A stretch of 64,000 nt of DNA. It comes from Eledone cirrhosa. Lineage: Eukaryota. Positions within the stretch are counted from its first letter, which is position 1. Every line of letters starts with the position of its first letter. The notes beneath the pieces are model-generated. The model worked only from the letters and a program-made list of their open reading frames with translations. It made no database searches and was not told the DNA's origin. Location of the stretch: contig OZ024762.1 in NCBI GenBank assembly GCA_964016885.1, positions 23,250,001 through 23,314,000 on the forward strand. The letters run 5' to 3'. The position numbers were made by a program, and so were the translations under genes. Shown in pieces: positions 60,915 to 64,000 of this stretch.

Positions 60915-61440
60915 GGTAAATAAATAACAACTCTTCAGTCACGAATGACCAAGGAATTTGTACCTAGAAAGTTCCCCTCCGAAGCTCAAATCCGAGGAAG
61001 TGTATTTGTGGAAGACAGCAGTTGCCCATATATTCCAGTCTCCGCCTCTCCACGCCACCGATGGAGCAACGTGGTATAAAATGTCTTGCTCAAAGACACA
61101 ACCCATTTCTCGATCCGAGAATCGAAATCAAAACCTCACGATTGTAATCTTGACGCTTTAATCACTAAGACATGCGTTTCATATATTTGTGTAGATGTAG
61201 GTATATATTAGGGTATGTGTATCGACAGTCGATCGACTTTCGTCTAATCACCGGGGAAACAATGTTTCCGTTGGTCTTTCCAATTGCTAATACTATCTAT
61301 CAGTCGCAACTCCATGTACAAGGAGCAACGTGAAATAAAGTGACTTGCTCAAGGACATAACGCATCGCCCGGCCCGGGAATCGAACTCGCAACCTCACGA
61401 TTGAGAGTCCAATTCTTTAACCACTCAGTCATGTGCCTTC
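60915..61440 (-). mobile_element. Two CORE-like tRNA SINE copies
   Basis: Reverse complement of the 5659-5870 head and core (cttgctcaagga, gaatcgaactc, aaccactcag). Confidence 0.78.
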
Positions 61441-61492
61441 TCTCTCTCTCTCTCTCTCTCTAAAAGATTAAATAAATGAGTGAGTGACTGTC

Positions 61493-61540
<48 letters not shown>

Positions 61541-61542
<2 letters not shown>

Positions 61543-62053
61543 GTATAGGATTATCCTAGATGTAGTAATGGTTAATTACTACACTGGATATGGTTGACGT
61601 ACGGTGAGAGGTTACTCTACGAGTTATGGAAGAATTGTTGAAGAAACTTAGTTCCTGATCCTTCTGTATTCCTGAGTGTATATAAAGAATGAATAATAAC
61701 AGGTAGACATCATAAAAAGGTAATTTATTCCGTGTGCTTACAAATGTTTCCACGGTGGTACTACAGCCTAGTTATGCTATGTGCAAATTTACAACTATTT
61801 GCAGAACTCAAATATCCAATGCTGTGACCACTGTATCCTCAGAATATCCAATGCTGTGACCCCTGTATCCTCAGAGCAGAGGATACTGCTCTGAGGGTAC
61901 AGGGGTCACAGCATTGGATATTTGAGTTCTGCAAATAGTTGTAAATTTGCACATAGCATAACTAGGCTGTAGTACCACCGTGGAAACGTTTGTAAGCACA
62001 CGGAATAAATTACCTTTTTATGATGTCTACCTGTTATTACTCATTCTTTATAT
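61541..62053. mobile_element. Fold-back element family G with arms of about 165 bp joined at the HHR core
   Basis: 61680-61842 is the inverted copy of 61890-62053. Both arms start at CTGAGG(A/G), and there is a 32-bp duplication at the junction. Confidence 0.85.
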
Positions 62054-62153
62054 ATATATTTATATATATACTCACTCACTCAATCATTTACTTTGACTAT
62101 TAGTGAGCTATGTTATTTTAAAGTTGCACCTGCGCACTCACAGGATGACCAGT

Positions 62154-62202
62154 CTTGTCTGATGATCCTGTAAATCCGCAGGTGACACTCTAGAGTAACA
62201 AG
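62154..62202 (+). ncRNA. Type I hammerhead ribozyme (GAAA to GACA variant)
   Basis: cttgt-CTGATGA-t-cctg(taaatccg)cagg-t-GACA-ctctagag-TA-acaag, with palindromic stem III. Confidence 0.75.
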
Positions 62203-62239
62203 TCTTAGTCATAATAAATATTTAATCTCTACTTCGGTA

Positions 62240-62350
62240 TGGAAATAAAGGGTCTTGCTCAAGGACATAACGCATCGGTTGGTCCAGGAATCGAACTCGC
62301 AACCTCACGGTTGCAAATCCAGTTCTCTAACCACTCAGCCACGCGCCTTC
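62240..62350 (-). mobile_element. CORE-like tRNA SINE 5' half
   Basis: A and B boxes and the start of the CORE-like domain. Confidence 0.8.
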
Positions 62351-62375
62351 ATATATATATGTGCGTGTGTGTATC

Positions 62376-62424
<49 letters not shown>

Positions 62425-62427
62425 AAA

Positions 62428-62675
62428 TTTTGAGTATATGTTGGTTGTTTACCAACACCTCAGTATGCAGGTTGGAACACTTCCTCAGAGAAATAACAAC
62501 CCAACCAGGAACTGGGCATATCAGAGTATTAACGAAGTTAAACACGTCAACAACATCTGTACCCGTCTCTACCACACCAATTCGGACTACCTGAAGAGGT
62601 CACAGCCAAAGATGGCTGTCACCGAAATATATATAGCAGTAATAAACGAAGCCAAATTTTAAATATTTGACTTAT
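62428..62675 (+). mobile_element. Family E mini-element with minimal HHR at 62586-62640
   Basis: actac-CTGAAGA-ggt-c-acagcca(aaga)tggctgt-c-acc-GAAA-tatata-TA-gcagt. Confidence 0.85.
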
Positions 62676-62813
62676 TTATTTTATTTTATATATATATATA
62701 TATAAAGGGGCGGCCAACTGGACTGGCAACTGCTAATTTTTTGGGCGCCTTCTCAACTCTCTGCTTTTTCAGTCACATGGATTGTGTTTATTATATTCCT
62801 TTGTTATATTTCG

Positions 62814-62847
62814 AATACCTGATGATGTCACTGGATTCATACTGAAA
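62814..62847 (+). ncRNA. HHR core with decayed stem I
   Basis: CTGATGA-tgt..act-GAAA-ccgg-TC, with palindrome ACCGGT. Confidence 0.5.
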
Positions 62848-63049
62848 CCGGTCATTGAAATGTTCATAGTATAATATACCTTTAAGGAATTACACCAGTC
62901 CAGCCTCCTGTTATTTTATAATAATTAACTCCGTACTCGCACCACTAACAACACAAACGAAGACGGGTGAGCTGCATTACGTCGAGTGCTCTCCCTAATA
63001 TTACATCAAGGTTGACCAGTTCTATCCAGTGGTGAACCAACAAACCTAA

Positions 63050-63079
<30 letters not shown>

Positions 63080-63083
<4 letters not shown>

Positions 63084-63261
63084 ATTGTTTCTACCTTTGG
63101 CACAAGGCCAGCAATTATCCAGTACATGACTGGTACTTTATTTTATCGACCCCGTAAGGATGAAAGCCAAAGTTAACCTCGGTGGGATTTGAACTCCGAA
63201 TGGAAAGGGCCGTAACTATATGCGTCAAAGCATGGCGTCGGACCCTCTACCGATACTGCAA
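63080..63261 (-). mobile_element. Family S SINE
   Basis: Full match to the other copies. Confidence 0.87.
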
Positions 63262-63469
63262 TCACAGAGGGAGACAAATATACCATCAGCTTTCAAAAAG
63301 AGATTATGATATTTCTCCATAAATACCTCCGGCCAAATAATATATTTGAAGATCCTGATGTTTTATGAAGAATTCGATAGGGGGTTACATGTTCCATCGA
63401 TCTATTTCCGATACGATGACCTAAACCAAATATTTGACATGACAATGCAGCCTAAGGTGATTATGTATT

Positions 63470-63843
63470 AATGTGTATGTATGCGTGTATATGTCTATGT
63501 ATCTATATAGGTATGTATGTGTGTATATTTATGTGTATATATATAAGTATGTATGTGTGTATATATATATGTGTGTGTGTATATATATATGTGTGTGTAT
63601 ATATATATATATATTTATATATATGTATGTATATTTATATATATGTATGTATATTTATATATATGTATGTGTATTTATATATATGTATGTATATTTATAT
63701 ATATGTATGTGTATATTTATATATATATATGTATATTTATATATATATATATGTATATTTATATATATATATATGTATATTTATATATATATATATGTAT
63801 ATTTATATATATATATGTATATTTATATATATATATGTATATT

Positions 63844-63888
<45 letters not shown>

Positions 63889-64000
63889 TTATATATATAT
63901 ATATGTATATTTATATATATGTATATTTATATATATATATATATGTATATTTATATATATATATGTATATTTATATATATATATATGTATATTTATATAT
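63470..64000. repeat. (TA)n-derived minisatellite (tatattta..tatg)
   Basis: Direct reading. Confidence 0.95.

Overview
This is AT-rich, repeat-saturated animal genomic DNA. It is most likely cephalopod (octopus-like), an inference from the SINE families and microsatellite load. No host protein-coding gene can be supported, and nearly all long ORFs are translations of (TA)n, (CA)n, (GA)n or (GGT)n repeats. Real content: decayed Penelope-like retroelements (PLEs; RT and GIY-YIG fragments), RTE and CR1-like LINE fragments, two tRNA-derived SINE families, a mariner remnant, satellites and a 200-N gap. The main hidden signal is RNA-structural: about 20 intact, mutated or truncated type I hammerhead ribozyme (HHR) motifs, found by eye, in short islands between (TA)n tracts. 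They occur in three settings. (1) A 431-bp non-coding tandem unit with a minimal HHR, present at three loci in different circular permutations, is a candidate non-LTR retrozyme / circular RNA family. (2) At least seven unrelated families of short fold-back elements share one architecture, and several carry an HHR on each strand. (3) HHRs sit in the 3' terminal regions of GIY-YIG PLEs, the likely mobilisers. Folding and alignments were done by eye, and ribozyme activity is untested.
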